64,000 nucleotides of DNA, from the NCBI GenBank assembly GCA_943357985.1, contig CALRGR010000002.1:306-64305 (forward strand). The letters run 5' to 3'. The translations under genes and the position numbers were made by a program. The DNA is from Candidatus Levybacteria bacterium GW2011_GWA1_37_16. GTDB taxonomy: Bacteria > Patescibacteriota > Microgenomatia > Levybacterales > UBA12049. Shown here piece after piece: positions 28,235 through 36,821 of this stretch; positions within the stretch are counted from its first letter, which is position 1, and every line of letters begins with the position of its first letter. Under the pieces are notes generated by a model. It had not been told where the DNA came from and did no database searches. It worked only from the letters and a program-made list of their open reading frames with translations.

Positions 28235-28780
28235 ATGCCAATTTATACAAGAACAGGAGACAAAGGTAAAACGGGCCTTTTTAATGGAAAAAGAGTTTAT
28301 AAAGATAGCCTCGTAATAGAAGCAGTAGGTTCCGTTGATGAATTAAATGCCGTGCTGGGCTTGGCCGCATCAAAAGTATCGAGTATTAAGTATTCAGTAG
28401 CAAGTATAAAAAAGGAATTGCAAGAAATTCAAAGTGATTTATTTGTTATTGGAGCTAATTTAGCAAATCCAAAATCAGCCTCAAAAATAGATTCTATCAA
28501 GCGGGCAAAAGAGTTTGAAAAACTGATCGATGACATGACAAGGCAACTCCCAAGACTCATGAACTTTATCTTGCCGGGCGGGGGGGAAGCAGGCGCAGCT
28601 TTGCATTTGGCAAGAACAGTTTCCAGACGAGCGGAAAGAAGAATAGTTAGTCTTTCTAAAAAAACTAAACTCGATTCAGGCATTTTAATCTATGTAAATA
28701 GACTATCTGACCTGCTTTTTACAATGGCCCGCTTTGTAAATTTGCTTGATAAGAAAAAGGAGACAATCTGGCGTGGCTAA
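28235..28780 (+). CDS. PduO-type ATP:cob(I)alamin adenosyltransferase
   Basis: MPIYTRTGDKGKTGLFNGKRVYKDSLVIEAVGSVDELNAVLG is a typical PduO/MMAB N-terminus. Confidence 0.8.
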   Translation: MPIYTRTGDKGKTGLFNGKRVYKDSLVIEAVGSVDELNAVLGLAASKVSSIKYSVASIKKELQEIQSDLFVIGANLANPKSASKIDSIKRAKEFEKLIDDMTRQLPRLMNFILPGGGEAGAALHLARTVSRRAERRIVSLSKKTKLDSGILIYVNRLSDLLFTMARFVNLLDKKKETIWRG

Positions 28781-29825
28781 AGAAGCATTTAGTGTAGGAC
28801 TGGAAGCAGCAGCATATCATAGAAAGCCTTTTGAAGGAGAACCTACGGAGGTTTTTGCAGCAAGGGAACAAGAGGCAAGAAATAATATGCTTAGGTACTT
28901 GGGAGAGTATAGGTTAGCTGTAAAATTTGATGAAATTTTTTATCAAGAAGGACAAAATTCCAGTGGTGAAAGGTTCCTTAGAGCAAAAGAAAATGCACCT
29001 GTCAGGGATATATTTAGAAATTTTATCAGACAAAAAGAAATAGACGGGCAAAGCTCAAAAAGGGAAGTTGCAGAGTGTTTAGGATTTGAAAAAGTTGAGG
29101 AGAAGTTTTTAGCAGGAGAAGATTTTCTTTTTCTTTGGATTTCTCCTCCGGGGGCAAAAGAGGATGGATACGGTGATTATAGCTTCACATTTGTAGGAGA
29201 GGTTAGAAATGGACAAATAAGGGAAATTCCTTATAGAAATAAACTTCAGCTTGAAGAACATAGGGAGATTATAAGATTGTTTTCGAATCAGGCGGATAGC
29301 TTCCAAATAGATGTTGACTTTCTGGCAAATCCTATATTTATCCCAAAAACAAAAAGTAGAAATTCCGCAGAAGATATTCTTGCAGAAATTGGCGAAAAAG
29401 AAGCTATTGATATTTCTTGGAAAAGTCGGCTGGAAACAAGGCTTGCCAGTCTAATGGATATTTTTATTGATGCGGTAAAAAGGAATGCGCCCGAGCATGA
29501 ACTTAATAAAATAAAAAGAGCAATAGAAAATTTTACAATAAATAAAAAGAATGAAATTGTTTCAGGAGAATTTACTCATTATGATTTGAACACTAAGAAT
29601 TTGATAGATACTTATGGAAGCTATGCTCCTCCTGTTGTTGGGGGGAGTTGTGGTAATTCTTCATCCAGTACTCTTATGGAATTTCAGCAGGAATTTAATC
29701 TGGAACCAGATAAGTATGGAGACAGAAAATTTGACTGTCCGCAGTGTGGAGAGACAAATGTAAGGCCAAAAGATCAACTTCTTACAAAATGTCAACATTG
29801 TGGCAGCAAAAAGGTAGCCTGTTAA
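28746..29825 (+). CDS. Hypothetical protein with a C-terminal zinc ribbon (CPQCG...CQHCG); start uncertain (may be MLRYL at ~28887)
   Basis: ORF track; no recognisable family; C-terminal CxxC-x17-CxxC. Confidence 0.4.
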   Translation: MIRKRRQSGVAKEAFSVGLEAAAYHRKPFEGEPTEVFAAREQEARNNMLRYLGEYRLAVKFDEIFYQEGQNSSGERFLRAKENAPVRDIFRNFIRQKEIDGQSSKREVAECLGFEKVEEKFLAGEDFLFLWISPPGAKEDGYGDYSFTFVGEVRNGQIREIPYRNKLQLEEHREIIRLFSNQADSFQIDVDFLANPIFIPKTKSRNSAEDILAEIGEKEAIDISWKSRLETRLASLMDIFIDAVKRNAPEHELNKIKRAIENFTINKKNEIVSGEFTHYDLNTKNLIDTYGSYAPPVVGGSCGNSSSSTLMEFQQEFNLEPDKYGDRKFDCPQCGETNVRPKDQLLTKCQHCGSKKVAC

Positions 29826-29890
29826 CCGTTAGTCTTTTGTGAGGCTTTTATAATGACACGCTTGGCATTGCGTGATATGATGAATGCATT

Positions 29891-30331
29891 ATGAATCCTA
29901 CTGCCGATCCGGTTCAAGCAGTCCCAAATATTCAGACTGATCCATCCATAATCCTAGCATCTCCTATTCTCCCAGTTCCTGTTGTGTCTGGTTCTGGTGT
30001 GCATAAGGAGGAAGGCCCTGTAATTTCGTTTGCAAGTTCAGCAGAAACAGTTCCTATGATAAGTAAAGAGCTTGGAGAGATAGGAATCAAGACGCCTGTC
30101 CAGCATGATAATCCAAATTTGACAGTTGAGCATAATCAGGTAGGAATGACTATTTCTCCTTCAGCCCAGCCTGTTCCGGTGAAGCTTTCGGAAAATCCAT
30201 TTACTATGACTCCAGCACAAGCAAAATTTGAACAGAAAGGTTCTATAGAAAATTCTAGTTCATGGCTTGCAAAATTGTGGAATAAATTTTTTACACCTAA
30301 GCCACAAGTAATGAAAGGAGGATTGTCTTAA
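29891..30331 (+). CDS. Hypothetical Pro/Val-rich small protein, translationally coupled (ATGA) to the downstream ATPase
   Basis: ORF track; overlaps the start of the 30331 gene. Confidence 0.3.
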   Translation: MNPTADPVQAVPNIQTDPSIILASPILPVPVVSGSGVHKEEGPVISFASSAETVPMISKELGEIGIKTPVQHDNPNLTVEHNQVGMTISPSAQPVPVKLSENPFTMTPAQAKFEQKGSIENSSSWLAKLWNKFFTPKPQVMKGGLS

Positions 30332-32712
30332 TGAATCCGGTATCATTTTCCTTAGATAGTCTTGTTCAGTTTTTGACGGCCTTTTTAATAGGCCTTGCTC
30401 TTTCTATAGTTTTAGTAGGTCTTGCGGCTTTAGGAGTTTATCTACTTAGTGTCTGGTATAGAAATAGAGAAAGAGAGAAGTATTCTTTGGACTCAACTCT
30501 TCTTCAGGTTTCCCTAGCGCGGGACAATGAGATAAAAATAGATGCAGCAGAACAGCTTTTCTCTTCTCTTGCATCATTTAGAAAAAGCGGAAGGTTTTCT
30601 TTTTTGCATCTTCAGCCGCACATTTCTTTTGAAATAGTAGGAATGCCTGCCGATATAAGGTTTTATATATACGTTCCTAATAAACTTAAGGACTTTGTAG
30701 AAAAGCAAATAAACGGAGCATATCCTGATGCTGAGATAAAAACTGTAGAAGAAAAATCTTCAATGAGAGAAGGTTATACAGTAGGAAATGAATACAATAT
30801 TTTTTCAAAAGAAGGAAAGGTAGCTTTTGCCAGCTTAAAGCTTAAAAAGTCTGATTATATGCCAATTAAAGTTTATAAAGATTTGGCTACAGATCCACTC
30901 TCTTCAATTACTTCAGTACTTGCCAAAATGACAGAAGGAGAGGGAGCAGCAATTCAAATTTTAATTTCTCCTGCTGAGGGAAAATGGAAGAAATTTGGAC
31001 GGACACATCTTTCCAAAGTTAAAAAAGCAGAAGCAAATCCGGAAACAGCAAAATATTCGGCAGATCCTAAGGAGCTTGAAGGAATCGAGAATAAAATCGG
31101 GAAATCAGGCTTTGATACCGTAGTTAGAATTGTTGTCAGCTCAAGCACAAAAGAGGCAGCGGATGCTCATCTGGGAAATATAGTGAACGCTTTTAATCAG
31201 TTTTCCGGAGCAAATTCCTTTACAAAAAATAAATTAAGACTTAAAGGAATGTTTATGGCTGATTTTATCTATAGATATCTTCCAATGAGAAAAGGGCAGA
31301 CTTCGGTTCTTTCAAGTGAAGAATTGGCAACTGTTTTCCATCTTCCAAATAAGTCTGTTGCAACTCCTCATATTTTCTGGGTAAGTTCAAAAAGAGCGCC
31401 GGCCCCCTCCCAAATCCCCGATCATGGTCTTTTTCTTGGGAGAAGTACCTATAGGGGCCTTTCTAAGCCCGTCCATATAGACATAGATGATAGGCGCAGA
31501 CACATGTATATTATTGGAAAAACAGGAACTGGAAAATCTGAGTTTCTTAAGGCTATGATAATGCAGGATATTAATAATGGCGAAGGTCTTGCTGTTATTG
31601 ATCCGCATGGAGATTTAATTGATGACATTTTACAGCTTATTCCTTCAAATAGGGCAGAAGATGTTATTTTATTTGATCCATCAGATACAACCCGTCCGAT
31701 GGGTTTTAATATGCTAGAAGCCTCAACGGAGGAGCAAAAGCATTATGTTGTAACCTCAATCATCGGCCTCATGTATAAACTTTTTGACCCAAACAAAACC
31801 GGAATTATCGGGCCTCGCTTTGAGCATGCTATAAGAAACGCAATGCTAACGGTTATGTATGATCCAGGAGCTACTTTTATTGAAGTTGTAAGAGTTTTAA
31901 CAGATGCAAATTTTGTACAGGAACTTTTGCCAAAAGTCCAAGATCCAATTATTAGGAGATACTGGACAGACCAGATAGCACAAACTAGTGATTTCCATAA
32001 GTCTGAAGTGCTAGATTACATTGTTTCTAAATTTGGCCGTTTTGTTACAAATAAAATGATAAGAAATATCATTGGTCAATCTTATAGTTCTTTTAACTTC
32101 AGGCAGGTAATGGATGAGAAGAAAATTTTACTTGTTAATCTTTCAAAAGGAAAAATTGGGGAAGAGAATTCAAATTTCTTGGGGCTAATACTTGTTCCTA
32201 AAATTCTAATTGCTGCAATGAGCCGTCAAGATGTGCCACAAGACCAGAGAAAAGACTTCTTTTTATACGTTGATGAGTTCCAAAACTTTGCAACTCCTGA
32301 CTTTGCTCAAATACTTTCCGAAGCCCGAAAATACAGACTTAATTTAATTGTTGCAAACCAGTTTGTTGGACAAATGGATGAGGAAGTGAAAAATGCTATA
32401 TTTGGAAATGTTGGAACGGTTGCCTCTTTTAGAGTTGGAGTTACGGATGCAAACTATCTGCAGCATGAATTCCAGCCAACGTTTACAGAAGCAGATCTTA
32501 TAAATATTGACAGATTTAATACTTATATTAAAACTATTGTTGGAGGGGAGCCTGTGCCGCCTTTCTCTATGGATTTAACACGCGATATGACAGCAGAAAA
32601 AGCAATGGCAAATCCAAGAATTGCCGAGCTTATAAAAGAACTTTCACGTCTAAAATATGGACGCGATGCGATTCAGATTGAAGCAGAAATAGGGCAGCGC
32701 GCAAAGCTTTAG
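30331..32712 (+). CDS. Membrane-anchored FtsK/HerA-superfamily P-loop ATPase, TraD/VirD4 (T4SS coupling-protein)-like
   Basis: N-terminal TM segment, a ~350-aa N-domain, then Walker A IIGKTGTGKSEF, VIDPHGDL, Walker B LYVDEFQNF, and an ARKYRLNLIVANQ...VKNAIFGNVGTVASFRV C-terminal pattern shared by T4CP and FtsK motors. Confidence 0.6.
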   Translation: MNPVSFSLDSLVQFLTAFLIGLALSIVLVGLAALGVYLLSVWYRNREREKYSLDSTLLQVSLARDNEIKIDAAEQLFSSLASFRKSGRFSFLHLQPHISFEIVGMPADIRFYIYVPNKLKDFVEKQINGAYPDAEIKTVEEKSSMREGYTVGNEYNIFSKEGKVAFASLKLKKSDYMPIKVYKDLATDPLSSITSVLAKMTEGEGAAIQILISPAEGKWKKFGRTHLSKVKKAEANPETAKYSADPKELEGIENKIGKSGFDTVVRIVVSSSTKEAADAHLGNIVNAFNQFSGANSFTKNKLRLKGMFMADFIYRYLPMRKGQTSVLSSEELATVFHLPNKSVATPHIFWVSSKRAPAPSQIPDHGLFLGRSTYRGLSKPVHIDIDDRRRHMYIIGKTGTGKSEFLKAMIMQDINNGEGLAVIDPHGDLIDDILQLIPSNRAEDVILFDPSDTTRPMGFNMLEASTEEQKHYVVTSIIGLMYKLFDPNKTGIIGPRFEHAIRNAMLTVMYDPGATFIEVVRVLTDANFVQELLPKVQDPIIRRYWTDQIAQTSDFHKSEVLDYIVSKFGRFVTNKMIRNIIGQSYSSFNFRQVMDEKKILLVNLSKGKIGEENSNFLGLILVPKILIAAMSRQDVPQDQRKDFFLYVDEFQNFATPDFAQILSEARKYRLNLIVANQFVGQMDEEVKNAIFGNVGTVASFRVGVTDANYLQHEFQPTFTEADLINIDRFNTYIKTIVGGEPVPPFSMDLTRDMTAEKAMANPRIAELIKELSRLKYGRDAIQIEAEIGQRAKL

Positions 32713-32754
32713 CTTGCTCTTGCCTTCCTCTCTTGATAGAATAGCAAGCAATCA

Positions 32755-32826
32755 GGGTGCGTAGCTCAGTGGTAGAGCGCTACTCTTATAAAGTAGATGT
32801 CCTTGGTCCGATCCCAAGCGCACCCA
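32755..32826 (+). tRNA. tRNA-Ile (anticodon UAU)
   Basis: Hand-folded cloverleaf. Acceptor GGGTGCG/CGCACCC, D-arm GCTC-AGTGGTA-GAGC, anticodon stem CTACT/AGTAG with loop CTTATAA, T-arm CTTGG-TCCGATC-CCAAG, discriminator A. Confidence 0.7.
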
Positions 32827-32828
32827 CA

Positions 32829-34043
32829 ATGATTTTTGTCCCCAGATTTATTAAAACCTCTGCCCTTAAGTTAACGCGTGATAGAGGATACGTCCTCAAT
32901 AAATTTTTGCTGCATACTTTTCCCAAAGGTTATCCACAAGTACAAACTGTAATTATCTTGAAAAACAAACCGGAGAAAGATGATGTAAATATTTCAAGAA
33001 GGCTTTTGAAAGCATATAAGCTGGCAAAAGCTACTGATGAAGTTAAAAAGCCTGTCTTGCTCGTCTCGCTGCGAAGCGGGCCTGCAGGCAGGGAGAAGGA
33101 TATTTGGACAGATTTAGCTATGTCTGACCATAGAGAATTTATAGAAGTTTTGGAAAGTGATGATCCAAAACTTCTTGCCAATTATTTATTTGGTGTTCAC
33201 GCAAGAGGAATTTCTCAGGGACTTGTGCAGGGGGAAAAAGAATATGAAAAAATCCGTGCCTCTCAAATTTTTAGAAGGTTTTTAGGAGTTAATACTAAAG
33301 ATAAGCTTATATCTTTAGCAGAATATTTGGGAGTTTTGTCTTATGAGAATCCGGAACAGGGAAGAAATGGCGAAAACATTTACAAGAATGTAAATAAAAT
33401 AGTTTCTGAAATTGAGAAAAAACTTGGTTTTGAAATTACAACTGCAGATTTTGAAAACGCTCTTTTGAAGCTGAAACTTAAAAAAGGCTCGATTCATATA
33501 CGTGATATTTATGCACTTTATACAGCTTTTCGTTTGGCCGAAATAGCAGGCAAAAAAGCAAAGGTGGCAGAAATTGGCGGAGGAGTTGGAAAAGCAGCTT
33601 ACTATGCTTACAAATTAGGAATTGCCGATTACAGCATTTTTGATTTGCCATATATAAATGTTTTGCAAGGATATTTTTTACTTAAAACCTTACCTATTGG
33701 TTCGATTTCTCTTTTTGGGGAAAAAGAAAAAGCTATAAAGATTTTGCCGGACTTTGAATTCTCAAAAGTGGCAAAAAACAGGTTTGATATAGCTTTAAAT
33801 TCTGATTCTTTCCCAGAGATAAATAAAAAGATAGTTAAGAAATATCTATCTGATATTAAAAAGAATACGAAGAAATATTTACTAAGCATAAATCAAGAAG
33901 GGGAGAGTAGCTTTGCCGCCATAAAACAATCTGTTGTCGGCAAAATCATTTCTGAAATTGGTGGATTTAAGAGAGAATACAGGTTTCCATTTTGGGTAAG
34001 AAAAGGTTATATTGAAGAGCTTTATAGTATAATTAAAGTATGA
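32829..34043 (+). CDS. Hypothetical protein, possibly a Rossmann-fold methyltransferase (AEIGGGVGKAAYYA); start uncertain because the ORF track starts it inside the tRNA
   Basis: ORF track; glycine-rich Rossmann-like motif. Confidence 0.35.
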   Translation: MIFVPRFIKTSALKLTRDRGYVLNKFLLHTFPKGYPQVQTVIILKNKPEKDDVNISRRLLKAYKLAKATDEVKKPVLLVSLRSGPAGREKDIWTDLAMSDHREFIEVLESDDPKLLANYLFGVHARGISQGLVQGEKEYEKIRASQIFRRFLGVNTKDKLISLAEYLGVLSYENPEQGRNGENIYKNVNKIVSEIEKKLGFEITTADFENALLKLKLKKGSIHIRDIYALYTAFRLAEIAGKKAKVAEIGGGVGKAAYYAYKLGIADYSIFDLPYINVLQGYFLLKTLPIGSISLFGEKEKAIKILPDFEFSKVAKNRFDIALNSDSFPEINKKIVKKYLSDIKKNTKKYLLSINQEGESSFAAIKQSVVGKIISEIGGFKREYRFPFWVRKGYIEELYSIIKV

Positions 34044-34735
34044 AAAACAAAATAATTTTAGCCATTGGCGCGCATCCTGATGATACGGATTTTGGAGCAT
34101 CCGGAACAATTGCAAAGTGGGTGGAAGAAGGAGCAACCGCTTGTTATGTTATCTGTACAGACGGCAGCAGAGGCTCGGAAGACCCTAGGATGACACATAA
34201 GAAACTGGCTGCAATCCGTAAATCGGAGCAGGAGGAAGCAGCAAAAGTTTTGGGAGTTAAAAAGGTCTTCTTTTTAAATCATCCGGATACTCAGCTTGTT
34301 TCCGATTTAAAACTTAAGGAAGAGTTGGTTAGGGTCATAAGAACCGTTAAGCCTAATATTGTAATAACTATGGACCCCACTTTTTATTACTCCGAAGAAT
34401 TTATAAATCATACGGATCATAGGGCAGCAGCTGTGGCTGCAATGGATGCTGTTTTTCCTCTTTCCCGTGATAGACTTACATTCTTGGAGCATGAGAAAGT
34501 AGGACTGAGGCCTCACAAAGTTGAAGAAATATTATTTGTCAGCTTTGGAGGAGGAGAGTTTTTTGTAGATATTAGCAAAACAATAGAGAAAAAAATAAAA
34601 GCACTAGCACTTCATAAGAGCCAGTTTGAAAACTTTGCCGATGTTGAAAAAAGAGTAAGAAAAAGAGCAAAAATGCTTGGAAAAAAGGGTGGTTATAAAG
34701 CTGCCGAAAGCTTCAAAAGAGTAGTAATCCGCTAA
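34040..34735 (+). CDS. PIG-L/LmbE-family N-acetylglucosaminyl deacetylase
   Basis: LAIGAHPDDTDFGASGTIAKW (AHPDD motif) and the HxDH region; ATGA overlap with the upstream gene. Confidence 0.8.
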   Translation: MKNKIILAIGAHPDDTDFGASGTIAKWVEEGATACYVICTDGSRGSEDPRMTHKKLAAIRKSEQEEAAKVLGVKKVFFLNHPDTQLVSDLKLKEELVRVIRTVKPNIVITMDPTFYYSEEFINHTDHRAAAVAAMDAVFPLSRDRLTFLEHEKVGLRPHKVEEILFVSFGGGEFFVDISKTIEKKIKALALHKSQFENFADVEKRVRKRAKMLGKKGGYKAAESFKRVVIR

Positions 34736-34736
34736 A

Positions 34737-35597
34737 TTATAGTTCGGACATTATTGCGGTTTCTTTTGCTCTGTCAGGAACAAAATCAAGATATCTTTCG
34801 GTTGTTGAGAGTCTTTTATGGCCCAAAAGCTTGGAAAGTAAGACCAAAGAAATGCCGTGGCGCAAGTGATGTGCAACAAAAGTGTGCCTTAAATCATTTA
34901 CTTTGGCGTTTTTAATTTCCGCAATTCTAAAGTAGCGCTCAATTGCAGTTCTAATATTTCTAACCAAGAATGATTTTCCTGACTTGGTCACAAAAAGCGG
35001 CCCGCTTTCAATCTTGGGTCTAATTTCAAGATAGCGTCTTAAAGCCTCACGGGAACGGGCATTGAGAGGAACATCTCTTTCTTCATGTTTTTCAACTGCT
35101 GGAATATGAAGAGAATCTTTTTTAACATCTTCCATTTTTAAAGCTGCAAGTTCTCCAATTCTAATTCCTGTTTGAAGTAAGATCTCAATAATGGCATACA
35201 TTCTGGCATCATTTTGAGCCGCATCTCTTAGTGCTCTATATTCCGTAGGAGTTAAAATTCTAGGTGGAGCTAAGTGATATTGTGGATGATCAACTAAAAG
35301 AGAAGGGTCGTCTGTTATATATTCATTGATTTTCAAAAACCTATAGAAAGTACGGGTGGAATTGAGCTTTCTTGAGATTGATTTAGCTGTGTAACCGTTT
35401 TTGCTCATTGAGGCTAAAAAGGCATCAATGTCTTCTTTATCTACTTCATGAATATGGTTCTTTTTAAGCTCATTTAAGAACGTTACAAGCTGTTCCACAT
35501 CCTTACCGTATGCTACAATAGTAGCACTTGAGTTTTTGTTGCCTTTAAGATAATTTCTGAACTCTTCATTTGCGTCCGAAAGCTTTATGATTTTCAT
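34737..35597 (-). CDS. Tyrosine site-specific recombinase (XerC/XerD-like); start taken at MKIIKL
   Basis: C-terminal catalytic region ...LRHTFVAHHLRHGISLVLLSKLLGHKRLSTTERYLDF (R..H..R..Y). The first 20 codons in the ORF track come from a repeat element. Confidence 0.8.
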   Translation of the reverse strand: MKIIKLSDANEEFRNYLKGNKNSSATIVAYGKDVEQLVTFLNELKKNHIHEVDKEDIDAFLASMSKNGYTAKSISRKLNSTRTFYRFLKINEYITDDPSLLVDHPQYHLAPPRILTPTEYRALRDAAQNDARMYAIIEILLQTGIRIGELAALKMEDVKKDSLHIPAVEKHEERDVPLNARSREALRRYLEIRPKIESGPLFVTKSGKSFLVRNIRTAIERYFRIAEIKNAKVNDLRHTFVAHHLRHGISLVLLSKLLGHKRLSTTERYLDFVPDRAKETAIMSEL

Positions 35598-35712
35598 AGT
35601 TCGATATATCAATCTTCGATTTCGCTCAGCATCCTGAGCTTGCCGAAGGATAAACAATATCCTATAATATCAAGAATGAAGCTAATAGTCAAGAAGCATT
35701 TATAAAAGGCTT

Positions 35713-36054
35713 ATGAAAAGAATTATATTCGCAATTTTAGTTTTCAGCTTAAGCTTAGTAATCGTTGGTCTTGCCCGTTCAATATATGACCTTTGGAAAA
35801 AGCAAGATTTGGTTATTTCTTATCAAAAACAGCTTGTAAAACAGAAAAATGAGAATCAGACACTAAAACAAAAGCTTTCATTAACAAATAACCCTAAATT
35901 TGTAGAACAGCAGGCAAGAGACAATCTTTTCCTGTCAAAACCGGGGGAACAGAATATACTTATTCCCAGCGGGCTTCTTATAAGTAGTAGTTCCGCAAGG
36001 CCTATAGAAGACCTAATTCCAAATTGGAAGAAATGGTGGAACCTGTTTTTCTAG
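35713..36054 (+). CDS. Septum formation initiator (FtsB/DivIC family)
   Basis: N-terminal TM helix, coiled-coil, then FVEQQARDNLFLSKPGEQNILIP, a DivIC-like motif. Confidence 0.6.
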   Translation: MKRIIFAILVFSLSLVIVGLARSIYDLWKKQDLVISYQKQLVKQKNENQTLKQKLSLTNNPKFVEQQARDNLFLSKPGEQNILIPSGLLISSSSARPIEDLIPNWKKWWNLFF

Positions 36055-36296
36055 AATTTCAAATTTAAAACTTTTATTTTCTTAGTCTTATCCCAGCCCT
36101 TAATTTGGCTTTCTCTTTTTAAAGCTTCAGATTGGGAACTAAGCTCCTCTAGGTAAACTTTCTTAATAGGTTTATGAGATCTTGTGTATCTTCCACCCTT
36201 GCCGTTTTTATGGTCGGAAAATCTTCTGTCTGGATTGTTCGAGGAGCCAGTATAAAGACTTCCGTCTGAACACAAAAGTATATAAACAAACCACAT
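36051..36296 (-). CDS. GIY-YIG (URI-domain) nuclease, UPF0213-like; start taken at MWFVYILLC
   Basis: FVYILLCSDGSLYTGSSNNPDRRFSDHKNG...YTRSHKP is the GIY-YIG motif. Confidence 0.7.
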   Translation of the reverse strand: MWFVYILLCSDGSLYTGSSNNPDRRFSDHKNGKGGRYTRSHKPIKKVYLEELSSQSEALKRESQIKGWDKTKKIKVLNLKF

Positions 36297-36742
36297 AGAA
36301 AAGTGCTTGCACTGAACTGAGCGAAGCAATGAAATCGCACTTGCCCTTCGACGCGATTTTCGCATGTGCTCAAGTCTTGCTCAGGACACTTCATCTGTGC
36401 TTCGCCCAGCTGAAGTGTTGCGGGGCTGGGAGTTGGACCCAGCCTACAAGATTATGCAATCTGTTTCTCCGGTTACCCAGAGTGTCGGACTATATCATCA
36501 TCCTTGATAAATCTAGGATGTTCAGCGTATAGTCTCTACGGGGTCAATCTCGATTAAATCGGGACGACTTCCCTCGGTATTGCCCTTTGTCTAGGGTTTC
36601 ACCGATATAGCTAAATTCTCTTTTATACGTTGCCGTATAAAGGGCCCATTTTTGAGCCTCGTGTGCACCGTACACTACCCCGCGCGTTTGAACATTATAC
36701 AATTTGATTTAAGGCTCGTCAACCTGATAAAATAGGTGGCAA

Positions 36743-36815
36743 GCCAGGGTAGCTCAGTGGTTAGAGCACAAGATTCATATCCTTGCGGTCGTGGGTTCAA
36801 CTCCCACCCCTGGTA
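36743..36815 (+). tRNA. tRNA with anticodon CAU (elongator Met; an Ile2/lysidine type cannot be excluded)
   Basis: Hand-folded. Acceptor GCCAGGG/CCCTGGT with G1-U72, D-arm GCTC-AGTGGTTA-GAGC, anticodon loop TTCATAT, T-arm GTGGG-TTCAACT-CCCAC. Confidence 0.7.
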
Positions 36816-36821
36816 CTTTTT

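Noticed and set aside
32755-35657. Classical tRNA-inserted integrative element (tRNA with an attL, cargo, and an integrase)
   Set aside because: No direct repeat of the tRNA-Ile 3' end (GGTCCGATCCCAAGCGCACCCA) was found on either side within the window. The recombinase has XerC/XerD-like length and motifs and could be the chromosomal dif recombinase. The possibility is retained only as context for the 28746..32712 module.
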